From: an uncultured cyanobacterium
GTDB taxonomy: Bacteria > Cyanobacteriota > Cyanobacteriia > Cyanobacteriales > Nostocaceae
DNA: 64,000 nucleotides
Assembly (NCBI GenBank): GCA_963706595.1
Contig: OY970166.1
Coordinates: 992,001-1,056,000 of the forward strand
Reading direction: 5' to 3'
A model generated the notes under the pieces. It was given only the letters and a program-made list of their open reading frames with translations. It did not search any database and had not been told where the DNA came from. The first letter of the stretch is position 1. Each line of letters starts with the position of its first letter. Positions 41,302 to 52,728 of the stretch are shown here, piece by piece. The position numbers and the translations under genes are program-made.

Positions 41302-41517
41302 TACTGGGGTGACAAGGCTAAAATGTTGCAATAGATTTTTGACAAAATTGAGATAAATCAATGTTTTCTGCTTTTATCTAATGCACTATTTTAAGCTTGT
41401 CAGTCCACTACTGGCGTGGCAAGGCTAAAATGTTGCAATAGATTTTTGAGAAAATTGAGATAAATCAATGTTTTCTGCTTTTTCCTAATGCACTATTTTA
41501 AGCTTGCCACGCCACTA
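41302..41517. mobile_element. Tandem pair of 107-bp MITE-like units
   Basis: Ends TACTGGCGTGGCAAGGCTAAAAT / ATTTTAAGCTTGCCACGCCACTA; single arms also near 400-432 and 29516-29549. Confidence 0.75.
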
Positions 41518-41737
41518 CAATACCTAATCCTGTTCAAAAATCAAATAGTAATCCTATAGGACAACAATTTTAAATCAATAAAAAGCCTATTTATTGTATA
41601 GCAACCGCCAAGGCAATTAGGAGATGACAAAATTACAAACCCCAGTCACAGCCAGCATTTCACTTTTGACTTTTGACTTTTGACTTTTGACTTCCGCCTT
41701 GCGGTACTAGGGGCTAGATGATTGACACCCGAATTAA

Positions 41738-42091
41738 TTAACCAAAAGTTGCGCCATTCCAACCCCACATTGTAGCTTTAGCATCGGCAAATTCTATATA
41801 AATCCGATTTTCTGGTACGCCTAAACTTTGCTTAATCTCTTGACAAAAGTCTTGACTCATGGATTTAGTTTGGTCTGGTTTCATTGTGCCGATACTCTTA
41901 ATTTCAATATAGCAAACTGGGTCTGTAGTTCCGGCAAAGGTCATCGCCATACCCGGTTCAAAAGCTGTCATTACATAAGATTCAGGTTTACCCAGATGTT
42001 TCGCTAATTTGCTAGATAAGTTTTTCAGCATGGTCTCAACATCAGCTTTTTGGGGCGCAGATACAGAAGTTTGGACTTTAATTAAAGGCAT
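41738..42091 (-). CDS. MIF-family tautomerase
   Basis: N-terminal MP (catalytic Pro1), GKPESYV, SIG and WGWNG. Confidence 0.92.
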   Translation of the reverse strand: MPLIKVQTSVSAPQKADVETMLKNLSSKLAKHLGKPESYVMTAFEPGMAMTFAGTTDPVCYIEIKSIGTMKPDQTKSMSQDFCQEIKQSLGVPENRIYIEFADAKATMWGWNGATFG

Positions 42092-42212
42092 TGTCTAAAA
42101 TTTAAATTGTGGTTTTTGTTGCTATTTTTCAGTTTATCGAATTCATTCCCCACTCCCCACTCCCCACTCCCCACTCCCCACTCCCCATTCCCCATTCCCC
42201 ACTCCCCACTCC

Positions 42213-42974
42213 CTAATTATGGGATGAGCGAAATATATGGTTGTGTTCTGGATGATATAATCGCGATCGCCCTGTGGTTGCAGAAAGTGCTGGACTAATT
42301 AGGTAAAGTGTGGTACGAATTAAATTTTCTTCATTGGTACATTTTGCCATTTGGTTCAGAGGGACAACCATGATTTTTTCATCAGGCCATCCGATGCGAT
42401 AGCAAATGGCTATGGGGGTTTCGGCTGGGTAATGTTCTAAAAGTTTGGCTTGGGCGTTTTCAATGTGACGCGCACTCAGATAAAGACAAAGACTCGCCTG
42501 ATGTGCGGCGAGGGTGGCTAATTCTTCTGTTGGTGGGACTTGTGTCCGTCCACTGATGCGGGTGAGAATAATAGTTTGAACTAAACCGGGGACAGTTAAT
42601 TCTATTTTAAGTTTAGCGGCTGCGGCTTGAAAGGCGCTAATTCCTGGGATGACTTCAAAGGGTATATTTGCCTCCGCTAAGAGTTGCATTTGCTCATGGA
42701 CGGCGCTGTAAAGACTGGGATCTCCAGAATGAAGACGAACTACAGATTGATGCGATCGCACCCGTTCCACCATTAGCCCGATAATTTCCTCTAAAGTCTT
42801 ATTTGCCGTGGGAATAATTTCTGCATCTTCTCGGCATAAATCTAAAATCTCTTCTGGTATTAAAGAGTCAGCAAATAAAATCACATCCGCAACAGCCAGC
42901 AGTTTCTGGGCTTTGACTGTCAATAAATCCGGGTCTCCAGGACCTGCTCCCACAATATAAACGGCTGAATCCAT
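42213..42974 (-). CDS. cobM: Precorrin-4 C11-methyltransferase
   Basis: VGAGPGDPDLLTVK, RLHSGDPSLY and RLYHPEH; start ATG 42974. Confidence 0.93.
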   Translation of the reverse strand: MDSAVYIVGAGPGDPDLLTVKAQKLLAVADVILFADSLIPEEILDLCREDAEIIPTANKTLEEIIGLMVERVRSHQSVVRLHSGDPSLYSAVHEQMQLLAEANIPFEVIPGISAFQAAAAKLKIELTVPGLVQTIILTRISGRTQVPPTEELATLAAHQASLCLYLSARHIENAQAKLLEHYPAETPIAICYRIGWPDEKIMVVPLNQMAKCTNEENLIRTTLYLISPALSATTGRSRLYHPEHNHIFRSSHN

Positions 42975-43134
42975 AATATTTAGATTGTTTTTTATACAGA
43001 ATTGTGTCAATTTTTTTCAGTAATTTTCCATAAAGAGCAATTCTCAAACCATGTTTTTTGAGATTCTTTTGAGTAACGTTCCGGATTAGCCTTTTATTTC
43101 TCGTAGAGATGAATGGTAGATGCACCCTGGTTAA

Positions 43135-43170
43135 GCCCTAGAGAATACTCTGGGGCATTTTTTTATTTTT
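43135..43170 (+). terminator. Intrinsic terminator on the + strand, antisense to lgt-cobM
   Basis: GCCCTAGAG-AATA-CTCTGGGGC stem (its G-U pair works only on +) followed by a T tract. Confidence 0.55.
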
Positions 43171-43182
43171 AGTCTATCCCCT

Positions 43183-44058
43183 TCATTCCCTCATTCCCTG
43201 ACTCCCTCTCTGTGGCGAAACCACATCAGGTAAAGGGCGTTTAAGCAAGTAAAGCCAAGCTAACCCAGCTAATCCCACAAGAATACCCGTTAAACTCACA
43301 ACTTGTGCAATGCGAAGCGGTCCGAGCATTAAGCTATCAATGCGAAAACCTTCAATCCACAGGCGACCGCAGCTGTAAGCTATTAAATAAGTTAAAAATA
43401 ACGTACCTAAGCGCAAGGATGGCTTGCCAGATAAACTCCGAAAAAATAAAGTGATCAGCAAGGAGAATACGATCAAATTCCACAGCGATTCGTAGAGGAA
43501 TGTGGGATGAAAGTATTCAAAATTAGCTAAATCTGGAGGACGATTTTGCAGGGGAATATATAGCTTCCAAGGTAAATCGGTGGGACGACCAAAAGCTTCT
43601 GAGTTAAAGAAATTTCCCCAACGTCCCAGGGCTTGCCCTAAAATCACTGAAGGAGCGATTAAATCAGCCAGTTGCCAAAAAGACACCTGATTGATTCTGG
43701 CAAAGATTAATGCGGCTAAAGTACCGCCAATAATCGCCCCGTGAATAGCAATACCTCCTTGCCAAATCGCAATTATGCGTTCTGGGTGCTGGGAGTATTC
43801 TGACCATTGAAAGAAAACATAATAAAGTCTGGCTGCGGGAATCGCCCCAATCACTAGCCAAATTGATAAATCACTAATCAACTCTGGGTCAACATTACGG
43901 CGCTTTGCCAGATACTGAGAAAGACTAACACCGATTAACACGGCGATCGCAATCAATAAGCCATACCAACGGATACTTATTGGTCCTATCTCCACGATAA
44001 CTGGGCCTGGAGAAGTGAATTGAAACGCTAAAGGCAAAGTGGAAATATCCAGAACCAT
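43183..44058 (-). CDS. lgt: Prolipoprotein diacylglyceryl transferase
   Basis: [25 protein letters not shown] and HPTFLYE. Confidence 0.96.
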   Translation of the reverse strand: MVLDISTLPLAFQFTSPGPVIVEIGPISIRWYGLLIAIAVLIGVSLSQYLAKRRNVDPELISDLSIWLVIGAIPAARLYYVFFQWSEYSQHPERIIAIWQGGIAIHGAIIGGTLAALIFARINQVSFWQLADLIAPSVILGQALGRWGNFFNSEAFGRPTDLPWKLYIPLQNRPPDLANFEYFHPTFLYESLWNLIVFSLLITLFFRSLSGKPSLRLGTLFLTYLIAYSCGRLWIEGFRIDSLMLGPLRIAQVVSLTGILVGLAGLAWLYLLKRPLPDVVSPQRGSQGMRE

Positions 44059-44278
44059 GCAAAACTACCTATTTAATTACATTTTTAAGCGTTACAGCAA
44101 TTAAAGCAAATTTTGCTTCGAGTGGGTTATGAAACTTGATGCCTGATGCAGCACGTAGTAAATAAAACACCCCTGACAATTCAGTGAAAAGCCTATAAAA
44201 TCAACTGTTTGACTTTTGACTTGTGGTACTAATGCCCTATACTTACTTAAGTAGCTTTGGTACATTTAATAAAATTTT

Positions 44279-44830
44279 GTGATTGCTATTTACCCTGGCA
44301 GCTTTGACCCTATTACTTTAGGTCACCTTGATATCATTCAGCGTGGTAGTCGGCTGTTTGACCAGGTGATTGTTGCTGTACTGCGAAATCCTCACAAAAT
44401 CCCTCTGTTTACTGTGCAGGAAAGATTAGATCAGATTCGCCGCACTACTCAACATCTCTCGAATGTGGAAGTTGACGGTTTTGACGGTCTGACTGTGAAC
44501 TACGCCCAGAAACGACAAGCACAGGTTTTATTGCGAGGTTTACGGGCAATTTCTGACTTTGAAGTTGAGCTGCAAATGGCTCATACTAATAACACTCTTT
44601 CAACTGAAATAGAAACCGTTTTTTTAGCCACATCAAATGAGTATAGTTTTTTAAGTAGTAGTGTGGTAAAAGAGATTGCAAGGTTTGGTGGATCTGTTGA
44701 TCATCTTGTTCCCCAACAAATTGCCCTAGATATATACAAATGCTACAACCACACCTCTCTAATGGACAACCCAATGACAACGGAAGTTATCCCTCCTCGG
44801 AAGAATATCCCAACGGAACGGGAAGCGTAG
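44279..44830 (+). CDS. coaD: Pantetheine-phosphate adenylyltransferase
   Basis: [16 protein letters not shown] and SSSVVKE. Confidence 0.96.
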   Translation: MIAIYPGSFDPITLGHLDIIQRGSRLFDQVIVAVLRNPHKIPLFTVQERLDQIRRTTQHLSNVEVDGFDGLTVNYAQKRQAQVLLRGLRAISDFEVELQMAHTNNTLSTEIETVFLATSNEYSFLSSSVVKEIARFGGSVDHLVPQQIALDIYKCYNHTSLMDNPMTTEVIPPRKNIPTEREA

Positions 44831-45408
44831 ACATTCTGGAAGAACTCAATCGTTTAGAGGATTTAATTCTCTATGGTTTTCGTGTTCCTCTGACTGGGCG
44901 CACTTTAGTAGATGAAGATAAGCTGATTGAACAGATTGATTTTATTCGCATCTCTTTACCAGAGATTTTCCAGCAAGCAACTATTGTCCTCCAACAGAAG
45001 GATGCGGTTTTGCTCGAAGCTGAAGAATATGGACAGCAAGTTATTGAGGCGGCTCAAGCTAAACGAGCGCAAATTTTAGCGGAAAGCGATATCATCAGAC
45101 ATGCAGAACAGGAAGCTGAACAGTTGCGGCGACAAGTACAGCAGGAGTGTGAGGCAATGATGCAAGCAACTCTGATAGAAATTGAGCAAAAGCGACATAC
45201 CTGCCAAAATGAGTTGGAGGAACTGCGACAAACTGCGATCGCACAAGCTCAAAATATTGAAAATGGCGCTGATGAATACGCTGATAGTGTGCTAGATGGT
45301 ATCGAGCAAGACCTGAAGGATATGCTGCGTATTATTACGAATGGGCGGCAACAATTACGACATGATGTGCCGCCACAGCGTAATTCTCCACCTCCTAAGA
45401 AGAAGTAG
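44740..45408 (+). CDS. DivIVA/Cdv3-like coiled-coil protein
   Basis: [12 protein letters not shown] and GADEYAD coiled-coil motifs; overlaps the coaD 3' end by 91 bp. Confidence 0.75.
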   Translation: MLQPHLSNGQPNDNGSYPSSEEYPNGTGSVDILEELNRLEDLILYGFRVPLTGRTLVDEDKLIEQIDFIRISLPEIFQQATIVLQQKDAVLLEAEEYGQQVIEAAQAKRAQILAESDIIRHAEQEAEQLRRQVQQECEAMMQATLIEIEQKRHTCQNELEELRQTAIAQAQNIENGADEYADSVLDGIEQDLKDMLRIITNGRQQLRHDVPPQRNSPPPKKK

Positions 45409-45666
45409 TTTTGAGAAGCGAAGAAATTGGTCATCCATTAGCCTAGTCATTTGTTCGTAGTGAGTGCTTTAGCGCTCAATTTCATCTTTTAAAAGGTAAG
45501 GAAACATTTTTTGTTTGTTTACTTCTATTTACTAATATTTAGACTAAACGGTTTAGTTCAAAATCTTGATTACATAATTTTATCCGGTTATTTAGTCGTG
45601 ATTTCTACAGTCGTTTCACCCCACCCCCAGCCCCTCCCCGCAAGCGAGGAGGGGAGTAAGAAGGAT

Positions 45667-46204
45667 TTTTCAATACTTCATAGGGATTAAGTGGTTTTTC
45701 AACTAGGGAATTAATTAGGAAGAAGAGGATTTTTATAGTTTCAATCCCTGATAGGGATTAAGTGGTTTTTCAACTACTAATTTCATCGCTAAAATTCCCG
45801 GTGGTTTTAGGTTTCAATCCCTGATAGGGATTAAGTGGTTTTTCAACGAATGCGAGTATCAGCCGCTTTCTGATTTTCTACTGTTTCAATCCCTGATAGG
45901 GATTAAGTGGTTTTTCAACCTACTCCGCCACTTGTCCGTTTTTTTATTTCAACCGTTTCAATCCCTGATAGGGATTAAGTGGTTTTTCAACTAGCTCAGA
46001 CATTTTTATCTCCCTTGAATTGCGTTGTTTCAATCCCTGATAGGGATTAAGTGGTTTTTCAACCTTGATTGTCACCTTCTGCATTTCCTTCTTAGTTTCA
46101 ATCCCTGATAGGGATTAAGTGGTTTTTCAACCGTAGTCGGTCATTTGTACCAGTCATAATCTGGGCTGTTTCAATCCCTGATAGGGATTAAGTGGTTTTT
46201 CAAC
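45667..46204 (-). CRISPR. CRISPR array, 8 repeats of 37 bp and 7 spacers of 31-36 bp; I-D-like repeat
   Basis: + strand repeat GTTTCAATCCCTGATAGGGATTAAGTGGTTTTTCAAC starts at 45667 (degenerate), 45738, 45811, 45883, 45955, 46027, 46095 and 46168. The minus-strand form ends in ATTGAAAC. Confidence 0.97.
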
Positions 46205-46460
46205 TGACCGATTTTAGAAGCCTTAATATATTTAGTTTTCAAGGTTCAGTTCCGTCAACCTAAAGCGATAGTAGCATTCCAGCCACAGGAGTTGTCAAGA
46301 GGGGTAGTCAGATTTGGGCAAAAATCACCTAATAGCAAGCGTTACAGCGATCGCGTCAACCTATTTTGATCACATAATGCTCCAAACCTTTGTACAGCAA
46401 GCAATACAGCCGATATTTTACACACCCCTGATTTTACACCTACTGGTTGACGCAAAATAC
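46205..46460 (-). promoter_or_regulatory. CRISPR leader
   Basis: Non-coding segment opposite the degenerate repeat; contains repeated GGTTGACG motifs. Confidence 0.7.
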
Positions 46461-46467
46461 CACCAGA

Positions 46468-47814
46468 TTACAAGGTGTAGGTGAAATCATTTACCAACAT
46501 CCCCGGAACCAAACTACCTCCCAAGTTGCGACTGTCATAAGTTCCGACTTCGGGGATAAATTCCTGAAAATCGGTCAATTCTACGAGATTATCTCCCCAG
46601 AAGCGATAAAGGCTTTCATCAAAGCGTAAGTTTTCTATGGGGGCGACGATTTCACCGTTTTCTACCCAAAAGCAAGCATAACGGGTCATACCTGTAATTC
46701 TACCAGTGGGGCGATCGCTCCAGTTCAAGTAATGCAAGTTCGATATATATAGTCCTGTATCTAAACTCTGCAAAATCTCGTCAAAACCTAAATTCCCCAG
46801 ACTGATTTCCGGCGCACGTAAAGTTTCAGAACTATTCGCACCGTTAGCTGTTTTGCCATATTCCTTGGCTGTGCGAGAATTAACCAGAGTATTAACTAAA
46901 ATCCCTTGTGTAATTAAAGGTAATTCCGGGGCTACCATTTCCCCCAATTGGTTAAATCGTGGTACAAACCCTTGTTGAAAGTTTTCCTTTAAACTAAACT
47001 TGGGCGAAAGTTGTTTTTCTCGGCGTGATAGCATCGCCAAAGCACTGTTTCCCTGTTGTAAATCAGCTTCACTCACAGCAGACCAAGAAAGCATCCCCAA
47101 TAAATCTGCCACAGCCGCCGGTGCAAAATAAGTTTTATACTGTCCTCGTGTTAATTGTTTAGCAGGACGGGAAAGTAATTGCAGTTGGGTTTTAGCTTCA
47201 TTAATCTTGGCAATATAAGCGGTTTCATCCCAATTACTTCCGGCAAATATACCTTTAACGGCTTGTCCACAGTGATCAAATAAAGAATAATCTAAGGTAA
47301 AAGTATCAGTTGCAAACCAGTGTTTTTGACCCTGAGAATCACCATAAGCTTTAATTACGACTCCGCCAGCATACATCCCAGTGAAATCTAATTCAGCTAC
47401 CAGTTCTAATAATGTTGGTACGACTGATTCTGCTGCTAATAATTGCCCAGAGTTGATTTCTCGACTGGTATTATTTCCTGATGGTAAAACTAAATAGGGG
47501 TCAATTGGTAATAGTGTCAGTTCTTCGCGCAGTTCGAGTAAAGCTGTGTATGCGGTTTGCCAATCTTTATCCCAGTTTCCAGTGAAGGGAAAGGAGCGAA
47601 AACTGCTGCGCTGATTTTCCATTAATGTTAGTTCTATGGAACCATCTGCAACTAAACCTGTTTGTCGCACTTTCGCATGATTAAAACGGGTAAATTGGCT
47701 TTGTTCACTGCTGAGTCTGACGGTGAATTCTTCAGTTGCGGTTTTTTTAATTAGTAGGGTTTCAATTAGTTGATTAAAGCTAGTTTCTAAGGTAGATGAT
47801 TCGGCAAGTTTCAT
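46468..47814 (-). CDS. TldE/PmbA-family protein
   Basis: TRFNHA and TGMTRYACFWVENG; no HExxH; follows tldD. Confidence 0.85.
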   Translation of the reverse strand: MKLAESSTLETSFNQLIETLLIKKTATEEFTVRLSSEQSQFTRFNHAKVRQTGLVADGSIELTLMENQRSSFRSFPFTGNWDKDWQTAYTALLELREELTLLPIDPYLVLPSGNNTSREINSGQLLAAESVVPTLLELVAELDFTGMYAGGVVIKAYGDSQGQKHWFATDTFTLDYSLFDHCGQAVKGIFAGSNWDETAYIAKINEAKTQLQLLSRPAKQLTRGQYKTYFAPAAVADLLGMLSWSAVSEADLQQGNSALAMLSRREKQLSPKFSLKENFQQGFVPRFNQLGEMVAPELPLITQGILVNTLVNSRTAKEYGKTANGANSSETLRAPEISLGNLGFDEILQSLDTGLYISNLHYLNWSDRPTGRITGMTRYACFWVENGEIVAPIENLRFDESLYRFWGDNLVELTDFQEFIPEVGTYDSRNLGGSLVPGMLVNDFTYTL

Positions 47815-47844
47815 AATGGAGAATGGGGATAAATAATTATATCT

Positions 47845-48147
47845 CTTGTAGAGACGCGATTCATCGCGTCTTCTTCTTGTCGATTGTTGTAGAATCATCG
47901 CGTCTTCTTCTTGTCGATTGTTGTAGAATCATCGCGTCTTCCTTCCTTTCAACACAAAAGCGAGAAATTCAACGCGATGATTTGGATAAATTCAACATGA
48001 TAATTTGGATAAATTTAACGCGATGATTTGGATAAATTCAACGCGATGATTTGGATAAATTTAACGCGATGATTTGGATAAATTTAACGCGATGATTTGG
48101 ATAAATTTAACGCGATGATTAGACGCGATAAATCGCGTCTCTACAAG
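47845..48147. repeat. GTAG-type REP doublet (REPIN) with internal 34-bp and 23-bp tandem repeats
   Basis: Inverted CTTGTAGAGACGCGATTYATCGCGTCT ends; 34-mer about 2.3 copies from 47861; 23-mer about 6.8 copies from 47965. Confidence 0.88.
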
Positions 48148-49577
48148 CCGCCAAAGACTTCGACATTGGCAAATACGCATACTGGTGAACCGTGTCCTAC
48201 CCAAATGGCTTGGTTGGGTTCTCCTTTTCCACACATCGCTGTACCATACATTTGCCAGTTGTCTGTGTTTCCTACTTGGGTGAGGCTGTGCCAAAATTCT
48301 GGGGTTGTGGCTCGATAGTTGGGATTTTTCAGGGTTTTGGTGAGTTTACCTTTTTCGATTAATTTGGCGTATTCGCAACCAAATTGGAATTTATAACGCT
48401 GGTCGTCTATTGACCAAGAGCGATTTGATTCCATATAAACGCCGTGTTCAATTCCGCCAATCATTTCTTCGACGCTGGCGTTTCCTGGTTCTAAGTTTAA
48501 ATTCGCCATGCGGTCGATGGGGGGACGATTCCATGAGGATGCACGGGCGCAAGCTACACCGGATATCCCGGCTCTGGCTTGGCTTTCTAGGCTGCCTAAT
48601 CCTCTTTGTAAGACTCCTCCTTTAATGACATATTCTCGTGTCGCCACTGCCCCTGTATCATCAAATCCATAGCTGGCAAATTGACCTGCTACGGTGGGGT
48701 CAAAGGTAATGTTCATCAGGGGGGAACCATAAGCTAGGTTGCCAAAGTCACTCTTTTTGACGAAGCTACCGCCGGCGTAGTTGCGCTCATCTCCTAAAAT
48801 TCGGTCGATTTCTAGGGGATGTCCGACACTTTCGTGAATTTGCAGCATCATTTGGTCTGGTGCTAAGACTAAATCTGTGCGGGTGTTGGGACATTCCTCG
48901 GCTGTTAACAGTTCTATGGCTTGTTCTCCAACTTGCTGGACTCGCGGCCATAATTCATCTTGTTTTAATAGTTCCCAACCGCCTTGATAACAGTGGGCTT
49001 GCCAACCATTATTACTGCGTTGTTGGACTATTGCACCATCTTGAGCGATCGCGCCATAATGTGTTCCTAATGAGACAATCTTTTGATATACTTCTGAGCC
49101 GTTGCTGCTGACAAACCAAGTTTCTCTTTCGGTGGTGCTGGCGCTGGCTGAGGTCTGCACTATTTTGTCATCAACTTTCAGCGTTTGACAGACACGCACC
49201 AGCAAGTTGTTGATTTCTCCGGGGCTGAGTGTATCTAATGGCTGTGAAATTGGAGATTTATATTCACCTACGACTTTGGGGCGTTGACTTTCTTGAAAGG
49301 GATATATCCACCATTTGCTAGCGGCTAAGGCTTGTTGATAAGCTGTTTGGGCTGCTGCTTGTAGTGATGACAATTCTAGGGAATTTGTGGCTGCATAACC
49401 AAGACAGCCATTCACTAAAACTTCTAGCATTGCCCCCATTGTGGAGGATTTACCGTTAATTTGGGGTAAACCATCCCGAACATGACGAGTTGAGGAATTT
49501 TTCTTAACGGCTCTAATTCCAACCCAATCAGCCGGAATATCGAGATTAGCGATTGCTTGTGTAAGTTCAGACCACAT
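48141..49577 (-). CDS. tldD: TldD-family metalloprotease
   Basis: HESVGH, DRMAN, FQFGCE and CGKGEP. Confidence 0.9.
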   Translation of the reverse strand: MWSELTQAIANLDIPADWVGIRAVKKNSSTRHVRDGLPQINGKSSTMGAMLEVLVNGCLGYAATNSLELSSLQAAAQTAYQQALAASKWWIYPFQESQRPKVVGEYKSPISQPLDTLSPGEINNLLVRVCQTLKVDDKIVQTSASASTTERETWFVSSNGSEVYQKIVSLGTHYGAIAQDGAIVQQRSNNGWQAHCYQGGWELLKQDELWPRVQQVGEQAIELLTAEECPNTRTDLVLAPDQMMLQIHESVGHPLEIDRILGDERNYAGGSFVKKSDFGNLAYGSPLMNITFDPTVAGQFASYGFDDTGAVATREYVIKGGVLQRGLGSLESQARAGISGVACARASSWNRPPIDRMANLNLEPGNASVEEMIGGIEHGVYMESNRSWSIDDQRYKFQFGCEYAKLIEKGKLTKTLKNPNYRATTPEFWHSLTQVGNTDNWQMYGTAMCGKGEPNQAIWVGHGSPVCVFANVEVFGGL

Positions 49578-49742
49578 ATTTATTTATAATGAAATTCTTG
49601 ATAACAGCAATGGTAAATTATTATCTTTACTACAGAATTACATATTTGTAAAGTTATTGCATTGATTGCAAACACCGAGAAGCCCAGATCCCCGACTTCT
49701 CTAAGAAGTCGGGGATCTATTTGTGTCAGTATAAAAATTAAC

Positions 49743-50894
49743 TTATTTTTCCACAGTTTGAGACACACCATCGGCTAGATTATCTGAGTTTGATGTTGGT
49801 TGATTATCGGAATTTAGCGCCAGTTTGTAAATAGCGGATTTTTCTTCATTCAAAAACTTCGGCTGTAAATAAAGGTTTTCCACCAGAACACCGACACCAG
49901 CTACCCAAGGCGGGACAATGACAGCGCCAATAATGCCTAAAACTTGTGTTCCTCCCAATACGGCTAAAAGTTGATATAAAGGACGGACTCGCACGGAAGA
50001 ACCTACCAGCAAGGGGTCAAGTACATAGGTTTCTAGATTTTGAATGATCACAAATAAGAGCAATACCCAGAGAAAAGTCAAGCCACTTTGGGGAATTGCC
50101 ACAATTAACGCCGGAATTGCCCCTAATACTGGACCGACAAAGGGAATTAAGTTGGTAAACCCAGCAATTACACCGAGGGCTAAGGAAAATTCTGATAGTC
50201 CCAAAATGCTCAATCCTACGGTAATCACAACGCCTAAAATGGCGGAAACTAAAACTCGCCCTTGAATATATCCCCCCATGCGGCGAGAAATAGGTATAAC
50301 TTGTTCGGCTAGGCGTTCGTCCCACGGTTGGGGAAACAGACTGACTAGACCTTTGACTATGCTTTTGCTTCCAGCGACCATATAGGCGGACATGACTAGG
50401 GCTAAAATCAAATTGACTACGCCGCCAATAAAGCCACGCGTAAAGCCGAAGGAACGGACGAGTAACTGCTGACTGGAACGAAATAACCAATTCGTGAGTG
50501 ATTGGAGGTCAAAAAATTCTTCTACTGACTCAATTTGAGTGATTCCCAATCTCAAAGCGAGATTTTCTACTGCAATCACCAAATTATCTAAATAAATTGG
50601 CAATTTACTAGCTAATCGCTGAATTTGTTCGGAAACAGATGGTCCAATGATTAAACCTGCGCCAATTAATCCAAAAATTAGGCTAACGTAGACGATAATT
50701 ACGCCTAGCCAACGGGGAAAACGCAATTTTTCGGCGGCGTTTACTAATGGCGCAATCGCAGCTGCCAATACTACCGCTATCATTAAAGTTAAGATTAAAC
50801 TCCGTAATTGCCACAGTAAGACGACGACAAAGAAAACGGCGACAATTAGCAAGAGGTCAGCTAAGGAAACAGACTTACGCTGGTTATTAGTCAT
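49743..50894 (-). CDS. AI-2E family transporter
   Basis: YIQGR, LIPFVGP and QNLExxxLxP. Confidence 0.9.
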   Translation of the reverse strand: MTNNQRKSVSLADLLLIVAVFFVVVLLWQLRSLILTLMIAVVLAAAIAPLVNAAEKLRFPRWLGVIIVYVSLIFGLIGAGLIIGPSVSEQIQRLASKLPIYLDNLVIAVENLALRLGITQIESVEEFFDLQSLTNWLFRSSQQLLVRSFGFTRGFIGGVVNLILALVMSAYMVAGSKSIVKGLVSLFPQPWDERLAEQVIPISRRMGGYIQGRVLVSAILGVVITVGLSILGLSEFSLALGVIAGFTNLIPFVGPVLGAIPALIVAIPQSGLTFLWVLLLFVIIQNLETYVLDPLLVGSSVRVRPLYQLLAVLGGTQVLGIIGAVIVPPWVAGVGVLVENLYLQPKFLNEEKSAIYKLALNSDNQPTSNSDNLADGVSQTVEK

Positions 50895-51024
50895 TTGTCA
50901 TTAGTCATTGGTTATTAGTCATTAGTCATTAGGAAGTTACCGTCTTCTCCCCCCTGCACCCTGCACCCTGCACCCCTGCCTCTTCCCCCCCCTACTCCCC
51001 ACTCCCCACTCCCCACTCCCTCTT

Positions 51025-52479
<1,455 letters not shown>

Positions 52480-52728
52480 ACGATTTTAGATTTTAGATTT
52501 TAGATTAAGGGGCTTGAGAATTTTAGACTGGGGTTAGCCAAGGGTATGCAGCGCAGCGATGTAGTTTCGAGTAATAATAGGGTAAAACAGCTGCAATCAC
52601 AGCCCATCATCCCTATGCTAGTACGGCAAGGCAGAAATCAACCATCCCCTCCCGAAAAATTAACCCCTCATACTAGCGTAATTACCAATTACGAATTACT
52701 TAACTTTTTGATATTTGATAACAGCACT

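Noticed and set aside
47965..48120. 23-bp repeats as a second CRISPR array
   Set aside because: The units are head-to-tail with no unique spacers, so this is a minisatellite inside a REP doublet.
45408..49577. Genes flanking the CRISPR array as novel cas genes
   Set aside because: They are recognisable Cdv3-like and TldD/E proteins with no Cas motifs.
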